Positions 16,270 through 25,732 are shown, numbered from the stretch's first letter. The stretch: 34,872 bases of DNA from Bacteroidota bacterium (GCA_017860375.1 JAGDMB010000002.1:1-34872), one strand, 5' to 3'. Made by a program: numbers and translations. The notes: generated by a model not told the origin, from the sequence alone.

Positions 16270-19200
16270 ATGGAAGGTCTGTTTCTATTCCTCTATGGCT
16301 TCTTTAAGAATAAGCGAATTTTATTCTTTATCCTCGTTTTGACCGTGGGTCTGATTGCCTTATTTCTGGCCAGCCGGATAAGCTTTGAAGAAGACATTAC
16401 CAAAATGATTTCAGGGGCTGATAACAAGGCGAAAATCACCCAGGCTATAGAAAAATCCGGATTCCTTGAAAAAATCATTATCACCGTATCCATGGCGGAT
16501 ACGGCACTACCACCTGATCCGGAAAGGCTGATACATCAGGCTGCAAAGCTTGCCGATACGCTGCAAAGCAAAACGTTTCGACCGTACGTCAGAGGGATCA
16601 CATTCAGGATATCCCCGACCGCAATAGAGGATGTATTGGATATTGTGTACAGAAATCTGCCTGTTTTTCTTGAAGAAAAGGATTATCTCAGCCTTGACAC
16701 CCTGTTGACTCCTGCAAGAATTGAGGAGAATCTCAGAAACAACTACAATACCCTTTTATCCCCTGCCAGTTTCGCCATGAAAAAGATGATCGTGCGTGAT
16801 CCGGCAGGACTAAGCAGTGTAGCCCTGAAAAAACTCAGCGCTTTTCAGCAGGATGAAAACTACCGGATCATCAGCGACTGCATTTTTTCCAAAGACAAAA
16901 AACATCTCCTGCTCTTCGTGACAACGGTTTTCCCTGCCAGTGCCACTTCGCAAAACGCGGTCTTTGTTAAAATGATGGATCGGCTTATTTCGTCAATCGT
17001 GGAGCAGAACAACAACGAACTGAACATTGAATATTTTGGCTCAGCTGTGGTTGCAGTGGGGAATGCCGAGCGTTTAAAAAAGGACATCCGGTTGACCCTG
17101 TCCATTACGCTGGTCCTGCTTCTTCTGATCATCAGTTTTTCCATCAAGAAAAAGAGATTGTTTCCTTTTATTTTCCTGCCGGCCATTTTCGGTGGCCTCG
17201 TTGCACTTGCCGTCATCTATCTGATCCAGGCAAAAATATCCATTATTTCTCTCAGCATCGGTACGGTTATCCTTGCCATTACGGTTGATTATTCGCTCCA
17301 TATTACGATGCATTTTAAGCACAGGCATGCCATCGTGGAAACCATTAAAGATGTATCTTTTCCTATTATTGTATGCGGATTTGCCACTGCTTTTGAATTT
17401 CTCAGCCTGGTATTTGTTTCATCAGAATCGTTGCATGAACTGGGTATATTGGCAGCCATAAGCGTCATTACCGCCTCTTTTTTCACGATGGTGGTGATGC
17501 CTCATATTCTTGATCTGACGCGGGGAAAAGAGGACAAAACGGAAGAAAAAAACTACCTGGAGCGTATCCTGGATAAAATTACCCGGTATGATTTCCATAA
17601 AAACAGACTGCTGCTGCTTTTCATGATAATTTTCACCGTCGTTTGCTGGATATTCATTGATAACGTCGGCTTTGAAAGCGATATGATGAAAATGAATTAC
17701 ATATCCGACAAATTATCACAGACAGAGGAAAACCTGAATAGGATCAACAATTACAAACTCAATTCGGTATATGTCATTGCCCACGGTGACAACATTCAGG
17801 AAGCCTTATCGCACAATGACAGGCTCGTGGAAAAGGGGAATGAATTCCTTCATGAAAAAAGAATACAGAACCTGAGTTCCCCGGGAACTTTGTTGCTTTC
17901 CGATTCCCTTCAGCAGAAGCGTATCGATCGATGGAATGCTTTTTGGACAGAAGGAAAAAAGAAAGATTTCCTGAACTGCTTTGATCAGACGGCCAGGCAG
18001 ACCGGGTTTAACTCAAGCTCCTTCGGTGGTTTCCATGATCTGGTCAACCGATCCTATTCCGTCCTGGATACCCAGGATTTCAACCGGTTGCAGACGCATT
18101 TCTTCAATGAGAACATACGCATAGGGCCCGGACTTTCCACGGTGGTATCCGTGATTAAAGTGGATGATGCGAACAAGGAACCTTTGATTGATCAGATAAA
18201 TACACTTGATGGACTCGTCGTGATGGACAGGAAATCCATTCTTTCCGGGATGGTAGAGACGTTGGGGAAAGATTTCAATTTTATTGCCAATGTAAGTTTA
18301 TCGCTTATCCTGGTCATCCTTATCCTTGCATTTGGCCGTTTTGAACTGGGTTTTATCACCTTTATTCCGATATTTCTCAGCTGGGTCTGGACTTTGGGAA
18401 TTATGGGGATGGCCGGAATTAAATTCAACATTTTCAATATTATAATTTCTTCCTTTATTACGGGCCTTGGCATTGATTATAGCATCTATATTATGCAGGG
18501 GCTGGTACAGGGGTATAAAAGCGACAACAAGAGCCTGTTGTCTTACAAAACCTGCATACTGATATCGGTTATGATCTCCATATCGGGTACCGGTGTTTTT
18601 ATCCTGGCAAAACATCCTGCCCTGAATTCCATAGCCGTTATTTCCATTATCGGTTTGTCATCTGTGGTGCTGATATCCTATACCTTTGAACCGGTTTTAT
18701 TTTACTGGCTGGTAGTAAAAAAGGGCAGGAATCGTCTGTTACCCATTACCTTATCCGATATCCTTTTCAACCTGGTAGCCGCACTCTTTTTTATTCTGGA
18801 GTTTGTTTTCCTTATGATGCTCCGCATCCTCTTATTCCCGTTACCGCTCAGGAAGGAAAGGAAAAAACGGATCCTGCATGTGGGTTTCAGCTGGAGCCTG
18901 AGAGTATTGGCCTACGTTCCGTTTCATATCCGGAAGAAAACGATCAATGAAAGCCATGAGGATTTTCAAAAACCTGCCATGATAATATGCAATCATAAAT
19001 CCCATCTTGAAGTTCCGTTTATCATGAAAATGAGCCCGAACATTATTGTTCTTACTGCCAGGTGGGTCTGGAACAATCCGTTCTTTGCACCCGTCATCCG
19101 GTATCTTGATTATTATCCTTTGAATGACGGGTTTGAAACCATTTACGAAAAGCTACAGAAAAAAGTGAAGGAAGGGTATTCCATTATGGTATTCCCGGAG

Positions 19201-20133
19201 GGAACCCGTTCACCGGATTCCTCAATAAAACGCTTTCATAAGGGTGCTTTCCTGCTGGCTGAAAAGATGAACCTGGATATTGTTCCGATCATCATTCATG
19301 GGACAAAAGATTGCATGAATAAGGGGGAAAATCATATTAAGGGCGGAAGCGTCACGGTTAAGGTTTTTCCACGCATCAAAGCACAGGATAGGAGTTTTGG
19401 CAATGATTACCACGAAAAGACCAAATCGTTTCAGCGGTTTTTCAGGGAGGAATACCGCCGGATGCAAATTGAACTGGAAACTCCGGCCTATTTCAGAAGG
19501 AAGCTCATCCGGAATTATATATACAAAGGGCCCATACTGGAATGGTACACGCGGATCAAGCTTTCGCTGGAAAGCAACTATGAATGGTTCCATAATCACA
19601 TTCCCCGCGATGCGACTATCGTTGATATCGGCTGCGGATATGGAATGATGGCGTACATGTTGAATTTTACATCGGACAGCAGGAATATCCTGGGTATTGA
19701 TTATGATAACGATAAGATTGAACTTGCCAACAATTGCCTGTCTAAGAACGACAGGATCCGGTTCATTGCCGCTGATGCGGTGACTTATGATTATGCACCT
19801 TCGGATGTGTTCCTGTTAAGTGATGTCTTGCATTATATGCCGGAAGAAAAACAGGTGCAATTGCTGACTCGATGCATCGAATGCCTGAAACCCGGAGGTC
19901 AGATCATTATCCGGGATGCCGATAAGGACCTGCAGAAAAGACACCTGGGAACCCGGTCCACGGAGTTTTTTTCGACGCGCTTTGGGTTCAATAAAGCAAT
20001 CCATAAAAAGCTTTACTTTTTCTCGGGGAAGAAAATCAGGGAAACAGCAGACAGGCAAAATATGGAACTGGAAATAATCGATCATACAAAGCTGACTTCA
20101 AACCTGCTTTATGTCATGAAGCATAAATCGTAG
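16270..20133 (+). CDS. Trifunctional fusion: MMPL/RND-type transporter + PlsC-type acyltransferase + class I SAM methyltransferase
   Basis: 1287 aa. Residues ~1-815 contain two 5-6-helix TM bundles with large loops (MMPL layout). ICNHKSHLEVP (His909) and VFPEGTRS (aa 975) are PlsC blocks I and III. IVDIGCGYGMM (aa ~1118), DVLHYMP and LKPGGQIIIRD are class I methyltransferase motifs. Confidence 0.85.
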   Translation: MEGLFLFLYGFFKNKRILFFILVLTVGLIALFLASRISFEEDITKMISGADNKAKITQAIEKSGFLEKIIITVSMADTALPPDPERLIHQAAKLADTLQSKTFRPYVRGITFRISPTAIEDVLDIVYRNLPVFLEEKDYLSLDTLLTPARIEENLRNNYNTLLSPASFAMKKMIVRDPAGLSSVALKKLSAFQQDENYRIISDCIFSKDKKHLLLFVTTVFPASATSQNAVFVKMMDRLISSIVEQNNNELNIEYFGSAVVAVGNAERLKKDIRLTLSITLVLLLLIISFSIKKKRLFPFIFLPAIFGGLVALAVIYLIQAKISIISLSIGTVILAITVDYSLHITMHFKHRHAIVETIKDVSFPIIVCGFATAFEFLSLVFVSSESLHELGILAAISVITASFFTMVVMPHILDLTRGKEDKTEEKNYLERILDKITRYDFHKNRLLLLFMIIFTVVCWIFIDNVGFESDMMKMNYISDKLSQTEENLNRINNYKLNSVYVIAHGDNIQEALSHNDRLVEKGNEFLHEKRIQNLSSPGTLLLSDSLQQKRIDRWNAFWTEGKKKDFLNCFDQTARQTGFNSSSFGGFHDLVNRSYSVLDTQDFNRLQTHFFNENIRIGPGLSTVVSVIKVDDANKEPLIDQINTLDGLVVMDRKSILSGMVETLGKDFNFIANVSLSLILVILILAFGRFELGFITFIPIFLSWVWTLGIMGMAGIKFNIFNIIISSFITGLGIDYSIYIMQGLVQGYKSDNKSLLSYKTCILISVMISISGTGVFILAKHPALNSIAVISIIGLSSVVLISYTFEPVLFYWLVVKKGRNRLLPITLSDILFNLVAALFFILEFVFLMMLRILLFPLPLRKERKKRILHVGFSWSLRVLAYVPFHIRKKTINESHEDFQKPAMIICNHKSHLEVPFIMKMSPNIIVLTARWVWNNPFFAPVIRYLDYYPLNDGFETIYEKLQKKVKEGYSIMVFPEGTRSPDSSIKRFHKGAFLLAEKMNLDIVPIIIHGTKDCMNKGENHIKGGSVTVKVFPRIKAQDRSFGNDYHEKTKSFQRFFREEYRRMQIELETPAYFRRKLIRNYIYKGPILEWYTRIKLSLESNYEWFHNHIPRDATIVDIGCGYGMMAYMLNFTSDSRNILGIDYDNDKIELANNCLSKNDRIRFIAADAVTYDYAPSDVFLLSDVLHYMPEEKQVQLLTRCIECLKPGGQIIIRDADKDLQKRHLGTRSTEFFSTRFGFNKAIHKKLYFFSGKKIRETADRQNMELEIIDHTKLTSNLLYVMKHKS

Positions 20134-20169
20134 ACAGGATATCAGGCCGACACAAAAAGACGAAGGCAT

Positions 20170-22659
20170 TTAAAAACGGAATACGCCGCTGATTTTGAAA
20201 GCGAATTTATGGGTATCGGGATGATCAAGATACGTTAGGCGATGCACAAGATCGGCCCGGAAAAATTTGAAGATATTTTCAATTCCATAGGATAGTTCTG
20301 CATAAGGTTTGTCATAGGAAAGGGTATAGAAATCCGAATAATTGGACTCCGGATTAAACAATCCGTTTGCAGTATAATCGAAACTGCCAAAGGCCGTATG
20401 AGCGGTAACCACGGTTCGCCATTGAAGTTTTTTCAGTAACGGAATCCTGCCCAGAATAAGACCATCCATATGATAGGCCAGGAAGAGTTCCAATGCCTCA
20501 TCAAGGACGAATTCACCATAATTCATCAGGTTGTAAGTACGGTTCGTTCGAAAAAAGGACTGGTTTCCTGCAAGGGTGATTAAAAGCGGATAGGGCAACG
20601 GATCGTATGCTTTTGTGAAGCGTATGTCATATACAAAGGCACCGGCCCCGCCGGCCGTAAAACTATGATGAATTCCAACGACAAACTTTTGATAATCAAA
20701 ATCACCATTAAGAAAATCTTTAAAGCCTATAAAATAACCCAGGCTAAGTTCAGGATATTTATTGAAGTTTACCGGAAACCTTCTGTTCCCATCCAGAATA
20801 TAGGTTGCTTTGAGCTGATAGCGCAGGATACATCCGATCTCACTGGTGATATAATCCGTTGCCAGGCTCATGGTTGAGGTATCGGTGATCCATGCAAAAT
20901 TAAAATCAGGACTCACCGGTTCGAAGGTCTTTTGCGTATAAATAATTTTTCCCTGCATCCCTTTGAAAAGATCCGATTCTATCCAGGTTCTTATTACCCG
21001 TGACCAGGCCATTTTATCGGAACCACCGGAGGAGGTTGCAAAAGTCAGAAAACTGCTCTGGGAATAGAATTCGTCCAACGACCCGACATTTTCAATATCA
21101 TTCCTGTATTGGATTCCTGTTTTGAACCAATGTTTTTTGGACAGAAAATATTCAGTCTGAACCGATCCTTTAAAGCGGCCGTCACGTGTCCCGTAAGCAA
21201 GGTATCCTTCCAGGATCCATTTCCTGCTGAAGTTGATATTGGTCCTTCCACCCAGCCGGAATCGATTTCCTTCCACCGGATTACGGTTGTATAGCAAGAG
21301 GTAAGGTCCCGCTTCAAAACGGCCAAAATTGTAATACCCTGTAATGGAAGCTTCAATAAGGTTTGCGGTTATCTTTACCTTGGGCACGCTTTTCAGTGAA
21401 TCAATGCGTTGGAATGCAAGACTATCCGTACGTTCGAGGGAATTAAGGCGGTTGGATACCCAAAAGTCTTGATTATAGTCCTGTGCATCCAAGCTCATTT
21501 TCAGCTCAGAGCCATAAAAACCGGGATCCACGGGCTGATTCACAATAATGTGTGACTTTTTCGAGTAATTATTCACAAAAATATTGGCTGCATCCGCCAT
21601 GAAACGTGTTTCAATTGCAAACCAGGCCCCGGAATCAACAGGTTCGTAATCCTGCTGTATTTTAATACGCTGGATAAAGTTCAGTTCTGCCTTTTTGCCT
21701 ATTTCAACCGATATTCTCTTTAGCGCATACGTTGTATCATGTATCCAGAAGGTTCCATGAAATACCGGATCTTCTTCGCGTTTTGGCATGAAACGTACTT
21801 CATAACAAAAGTATTTATGGTCAAGGACCATGCTGTCGATGATATAGTATTTATAATACATGAGGCCAAAACGGGAGAGAGGGGAAATAAAACTCTTATC
21901 GATTATGGGAATATTGTTATCAAAGAAATAAAAATTTTCCTGCTTGCTGACCAGCTGAGCCACCATATCGGTATTCTCAAATGCTATTCCCTCTGAATTA
22001 ACGGCTTTGATATGAATGTATTCGCGTTTTGGTGATTTCAGGTAATAATTTTCGCTAAGCGATTCATTAATATAGGAAGGGAGCGCCGGAATATCTTCCT
22101 CACCTGTTTTAACGGCAAATTCATCAAATTCCTTTGAAAAAGGATTAAAAAACCTTTCTTCATCCGGTTCATAACTGAATTTTCTGAGGAAAACAGTGGA
22201 ACGGGAGTAATTCTCATACTGATAAGCCGATAGTTTATCAATGGTATTGGACTCATTATTTTTCCAGACTTTCCTGAGCAGGATGTGGGCCGGATTTTCA
22301 CCCGGGGTCACGGTGATTTCTTCCAGGGTAAACATCGAAGGATGAAGTTGAATATCCATTACCTGGACGGTATCCGGTTTTATTCCAACCGTTTTGGATT
22401 CATATCCGATCAATAGGACGATCATCGAATCACTTTTTGTTTTTCCGGTAAGGGTATAACTTCCGTCAAATTCCGTGACCGCACCATAGGTTGCACCTTT
22501 GAACACCACGTTGGCAAAAGCGATTGGTTCAAGGGTTTGTGCATCGGTAACTTTTCCGGTTACGGTAGTTTGCCCGAGCACCAGAACAGGAGAAAGGAAA
22601 ATCAGCATAAAAACTAAAAAGACCATTTTTCGATGGTTTGATAAAAAGGGATCCTGCAA
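20170..22659 (-). CDS. CarboxypepD_reg-like domain protein with a large C-terminal beta-rich region (DUF5686-like outer-membrane protein)
   Basis: The likely start is ATG 22626 (MVFLVFMLIFLSPVLVLGQ, a signal peptide). TVTGKVTDAQTLEPIAFANVVFKG..DGSYTL is the carboxypeptidase-regulatory-like fold signature. The C-terminus ...ISGVFRF ends in an aromatic residue, as in beta-barrel OMPs. Confidence 0.6.
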   Translation of the reverse strand: MQDPFLSNHRKMVFLVFMLIFLSPVLVLGQTTVTGKVTDAQTLEPIAFANVVFKGATYGAVTEFDGSYTLTGKTKSDSMIVLLIGYESKTVGIKPDTVQVMDIQLHPSMFTLEEITVTPGENPAHILLRKVWKNNESNTIDKLSAYQYENYSRSTVFLRKFSYEPDEERFFNPFSKEFDEFAVKTGEEDIPALPSYINESLSENYYLKSPKREYIHIKAVNSEGIAFENTDMVAQLVSKQENFYFFDNNIPIIDKSFISPLSRFGLMYYKYYIIDSMVLDHKYFCYEVRFMPKREEDPVFHGTFWIHDTTYALKRISVEIGKKAELNFIQRIKIQQDYEPVDSGAWFAIETRFMADAANIFVNNYSKKSHIIVNQPVDPGFYGSELKMSLDAQDYNQDFWVSNRLNSLERTDSLAFQRIDSLKSVPKVKITANLIEASITGYYNFGRFEAGPYLLLYNRNPVEGNRFRLGGRTNINFSRKWILEGYLAYGTRDGRFKGSVQTEYFLSKKHWFKTGIQYRNDIENVGSLDEFYSQSSFLTFATSSGGSDKMAWSRVIRTWIESDLFKGMQGKIIYTQKTFEPVSPDFNFAWITDTSTMSLATDYITSEIGCILRYQLKATYILDGNRRFPVNFNKYPELSLGYFIGFKDFLNGDFDYQKFVVGIHHSFTAGGAGAFVYDIRFTKAYDPLPYPLLITLAGNQSFFRTNRTYNLMNYGEFVLDEALELFLAYHMDGLILGRIPLLKKLQWRTVVTAHTAFGSFDYTANGLFNPESNYSDFYTLSYDKPYAELSYGIENIFKFFRADLVHRLTYLDHPDTHKFAFKISGVFRF

Positions 22660-22783
22660 TGAAAATAAATGAGGATGTATTTTGTTATTTTTCAGACATC
22701 AAATATTCCTGCAGAAATCTTTTGTACTGGATGAAAATAATTATCTGAACTAAGGTAAAAGCTATGGATCTGATATGCAAATT

Positions 22784-22791
22784 TAAATTTG
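22784..22791 (+). promoter_or_regulatory. Putative Bacteroidota -7 promoter element (TAAATTTG)
   Basis: Exact match to TAnnTTTG about 50 nt upstream of ATG 22842, in an AT-rich divergent intergenic region. Confidence 0.3.
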
Positions 22792-22841
22792 AATAATTCA
22801 GCAGAAAATGGTATTTTCGGTACAAATTAAAACTTACAAAC

Positions 22842-23447
22842 ATGAAAAAATTATTTGTATTGGTTCTGCTTCTCGCCATGGTGCCCGGAGCAATGCTTAA
22901 TGCCCAAAAGATCAAGATGAAATCTGGAACCCTTGATTTTTTAAAAGGACAGACAAGCCTGCTGGTGAAGTACGATTACAGCAATATGGCAGTTGGGAAA
23001 TTTACGGATGAGGCAGAATATATCGCCAAGAAAAAGGCTGAATACAATGAAAAGGAAGCAGGTAAAGGAGACAAATGGGCAGAGGCCTGGGTTGCTGACA
23101 AGTCAGCAAAATATGAGCCGAAATTTGAAGAACTTTTTAACGAGTATTGTTCAAAAAAAGGACTTACATGCAGTCAGACCGCCGATGCTGCCGAATATGA
23201 AATGCTTGTGCACACGTTGTTCACAGAGCCCGGATATAATGTAGGTGTGTCGCGGCAAAACGCCTATATCGATGTGGAAATTTCTTTCAAAAAGATAGCC
23301 GATGGTGAAGAAGTAGCCGTAATGAGTGTAGACAATTGTCCCGGAATGGGTGCCATGGGATATGATTTTGACACCGCCTTCAGAATTGGGGAATCCTATG
23401 CGAAGCTCGGTAAATCATTGGCCGGACTGGTGCTGAAAGTTCTTTAA
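22842..23447 (+). CDS. Secreted hypothetical protein
   Basis: 201 aa with signal peptide MKKLFVLVLLLAMVPGAMLNAQ. Lys/Glu-rich, no recognisable motif. Followed by a strong terminator hairpin. Confidence 0.5.
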   Translation: MKKLFVLVLLLAMVPGAMLNAQKIKMKSGTLDFLKGQTSLLVKYDYSNMAVGKFTDEAEYIAKKKAEYNEKEAGKGDKWAEAWVADKSAKYEPKFEELFNEYCSKKGLTCSQTADAAEYEMLVHTLFTEPGYNVGVSRQNAYIDVEISFKKIADGEEVAVMSVDNCPGMGAMGYDFDTAFRIGESYAKLGKSLAGLVLKVL

Positions 23448-23468
23448 CAGAAAAATATTGCAGGAGGT

Positions 23469-23509
23469 AAGCCGGTTCTGTCGGATCATTCCGATGAAAC
23501 CGGCTTTTT
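23469..23509 (+). terminator. Rho-independent terminator hairpin between convergent genes
   Basis: AAGCCGGTT (23469-23477) pairs with AACCGGCTT (23498-23506). An inner TCGGA/TCCGA pair sits at 23481-23485 and 23490-23494. The hairpin runs into a 5-nt T tract (23505-23509) whose first two Ts are the end of the 3' stem arm. Confidence 0.6.
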
Positions 23510-24654
23510 CATTGGCTGCGATTCAGATTGATGACGGGATTGGCGTACATTTTCAGGAATATTTCCCGTGCTGAATTTCCATCCTTATCCAGTTCCTTCA
23601 ATTCACTCTCCCGGTATTCACGGAATGTTTCCTCTTCCGCTTTTGTATAAAAGGATTCATATTCACGGGTATTCATTAAAATATCATACGCTATATAATT
23701 GTTTGGCCAGCATTTATAATGACTGTATATTTCCGCATCGATCCGGTTCGTTAAATGGTTCAATTTTTTGCCAGGGGTATCCTCAGAATCTGCCAGTTTG
23801 AGGTACTCATTTACAGGTTTCCCTATGGAGAGGTGTATTCTGCCTTTAGGCTGCATGATGCCCCTTATGATACTGATTAAATCTTCGTCGGATTTTTTCT
23901 CGTATGTACCCATCCGGGAAAGCATGATTTCTTTAATTTTCAAAGCACAACAGGGTTCATATTCATATGAAATCGCAAGAGGGACTATATTGAGTTCATG
24001 GAATGCAGGGTAAAAATCTGCCCCGGTACTCATGTTGAACATTTTAAGCAAACCCGTTTCTGTTTTATCGTCCCCGTCTTTCGTGCGCCCGGGACGCTGG
24101 GCAATCCAGATGGAGGATTTTTTATCACGGATGGAATGCCGGATGTAGGCTGACAACCGCTGCGAGTTTCGGAAAAGTTCCATTTTATTTCCTCCACGGA
24201 TTACCTTGAGCATACGGTTCACTTTTCCCAGGTCGGTAGCCAGTTGGCTGAACAAAAGATTATTCCCATAGGTGATTTCGGAGACAGAAAGCCCGTTGTC
24301 CACCAGCAGTATTTGAAAAATGGCGGAATCCAGCACAATATCCCGATGGTTTGATACAAAGAGATAAGGCATGCCGGGAGTTAATTGTTCAAAACCATCG
24401 AATGTCAGTCCCTTTGATGTTTTATTAAGGATCGAATACACCAGGGGATGCATGAAGGAAAGCTGAAAGTCATCGATGGAAAAAGTATCGGCCAGTTTCT
24501 GCTTGATCTGATTTTTATCCTGACCGGAGAAAAGAAAGTCAAGGATTTTATCAAATGCAGGGTCCGAGATTATTCTTTTCAGCGCCGGATTGATCTCGTA
24601 GTCGAAATAAGGACGAATATCCTCAAAATCATCTTCCATGATCATTTCTGACAT
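23509..24654 (-). CDS. PlsC-superfamily acyltransferase (glycerolipid/lyso-lipid acyltransferase-like)
   Basis: FVSNHRDIVLDSA resembles acyltransferase block I, but the His-Asp spacing is one residue longer than a strict HX4D. RPGRTKDG is a block III-like element. 381 aa. Lies 12 nt downstream of dus on the same strand. Confidence 0.6.
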   Translation of the reverse strand: MSEMIMEDDFEDIRPYFDYEINPALKRIISDPAFDKILDFLFSGQDKNQIKQKLADTFSIDDFQLSFMHPLVYSILNKTSKGLTFDGFEQLTPGMPYLFVSNHRDIVLDSAIFQILLVDNGLSVSEITYGNNLLFSQLATDLGKVNRMLKVIRGGNKMELFRNSQRLSAYIRHSIRDKKSSIWIAQRPGRTKDGDDKTETGLLKMFNMSTGADFYPAFHELNIVPLAISYEYEPCCALKIKEIMLSRMGTYEKKSDEDLISIIRGIMQPKGRIHLSIGKPVNEYLKLADSEDTPGKKLNHLTNRIDAEIYSHYKCWPNNYIAYDILMNTREYESFYTKAEEETFREYRESELKELDKDGNSAREIFLKMYANPVINLNRSQ

Positions 24655-24666
24655 ATTTATACAAAT

Positions 24667-25644
24667 TTAATTGTAAATTTCGATAATACGATCCAGCAAC
24701 GTATGAATCTCTTCCTGATCCATACTGGTGACCAGCTTTAAGCGGATCTCCCTGAAATTTGGCAGGCCCTTGAAATAATTGCTGAGATGACGCCGCATTT
24801 CGTAAATACCGGCCGGGATTCCTTTCCATTCAATGGATTTGACAAACTGTCCACGGGCCAGTTCCACCTTTTCAGCAAGGGTCAGTTCAGGCAGAAGTTC
24901 TCCTGTATCCAGAAAGTGCCGGATTTCTTTAAATATCCAGGGACGGCCAACCGCACCTCGTCCAATCATGATCCCGTCGATGCCGTAACGGTCAAATGCG
25001 GAGGCAGCACCCTGGGGTGAAATAATATCCCCATTTCCGATTACGGGAATTTTCAGACGCGGATTTGCTTTCACTTCTCCGATCAGGGACCAGTCTGCAG
25101 AGCCTTTGTAAAGCTGTGCCCTTGTCCGGCCATGAATGGTGATGGCTTTTATTCCCGCATCCTGCAAGCGTTCCGCAATTTCAACTATATTTCTGTTGTT
25201 TTCATCCCAGCCCAAACGGGTTTTAACCGTCACAGGCAACCGGACTGCCTTAACAACGGCCGCTGTAATTTCGGTCATCAGGGGTATGTTGCAGAGCATT
25301 CCGGCCCCGGCTCCCCTGTTGGCTATTTTTCTTACGGGGCAACCAAAATTCAGATCGATCAGATCGGGACCTGCAGTCTCGGCTATTCTGGCTGCTTCTA
25401 CCATACTGTTCAGCTGGTGACCGTACAGCTGAATACCAATGGGACGCTCATATTCAAATAGTTCCAGTTTCTTAAGGCTTTTTCTGGCATCCCGGATCAG
25501 ACCATCCGATGCAATAAACTCAGTATACATGACATCGGCTCCGTAATGCTTGCACACATACCGGAAAGATGGATCCGTTACATCTTCCATTGGGGCAAGA
25601 AACAGGGGCTTGTCACGCAGAAATATGGGACCTATTGTAACCAC
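24667..25644 (-). CDS. dusB: tRNA-dihydrouridine synthase
   Basis: LAPMEDVTDPSFR, NFGCPV (catalytic Cys), HGRTR. TIM-barrel length of 325 aa. GTG start. Confidence 0.9.
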   Translation of the reverse strand: MVTIGPIFLRDKPLFLAPMEDVTDPSFRYVCKHYGADVMYTEFIASDGLIRDARKSLKKLELFEYERPIGIQLYGHQLNSMVEAARIAETAGPDLIDLNFGCPVRKIANRGAGAGMLCNIPLMTEITAAVVKAVRLPVTVKTRLGWDENNRNIVEIAERLQDAGIKAITIHGRTRAQLYKGSADWSLIGEVKANPRLKIPVIGNGDIISPQGAASAFDRYGIDGIMIGRGAVGRPWIFKEIRHFLDTGELLPELTLAEKVELARGQFVKSIEWKGIPAGIYEMRRHLSNYFKGLPNFREIRLKLVTSMDQEEIHTLLDRIIEIYN

Positions 25645-25732
25645 AAGCTGAGAATAATAGCGGCAAAATTACAAAAAAAGTCTGCGCGAAAGGCGGTTCT
25701 TGGGATGACTTGGGCAAATGGTTAAAATACTT

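Larger units (their letters stand above)
1092..20133. other. Aryl-polyene/flexirubin-class type II PKS biosynthetic gene cluster (three operons: 1092-8382 +, 14925-8406 -, 15115-20133 +)
   Basis: Co-localised KS/CLF/ACP/KR/DH/thioesterase/ammonia-lyase/LolA/MMPL/GT2/acyltransferase genes with overlapping or abutting reading frames. No enoyl reductase is present. Confidence 0.8.
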
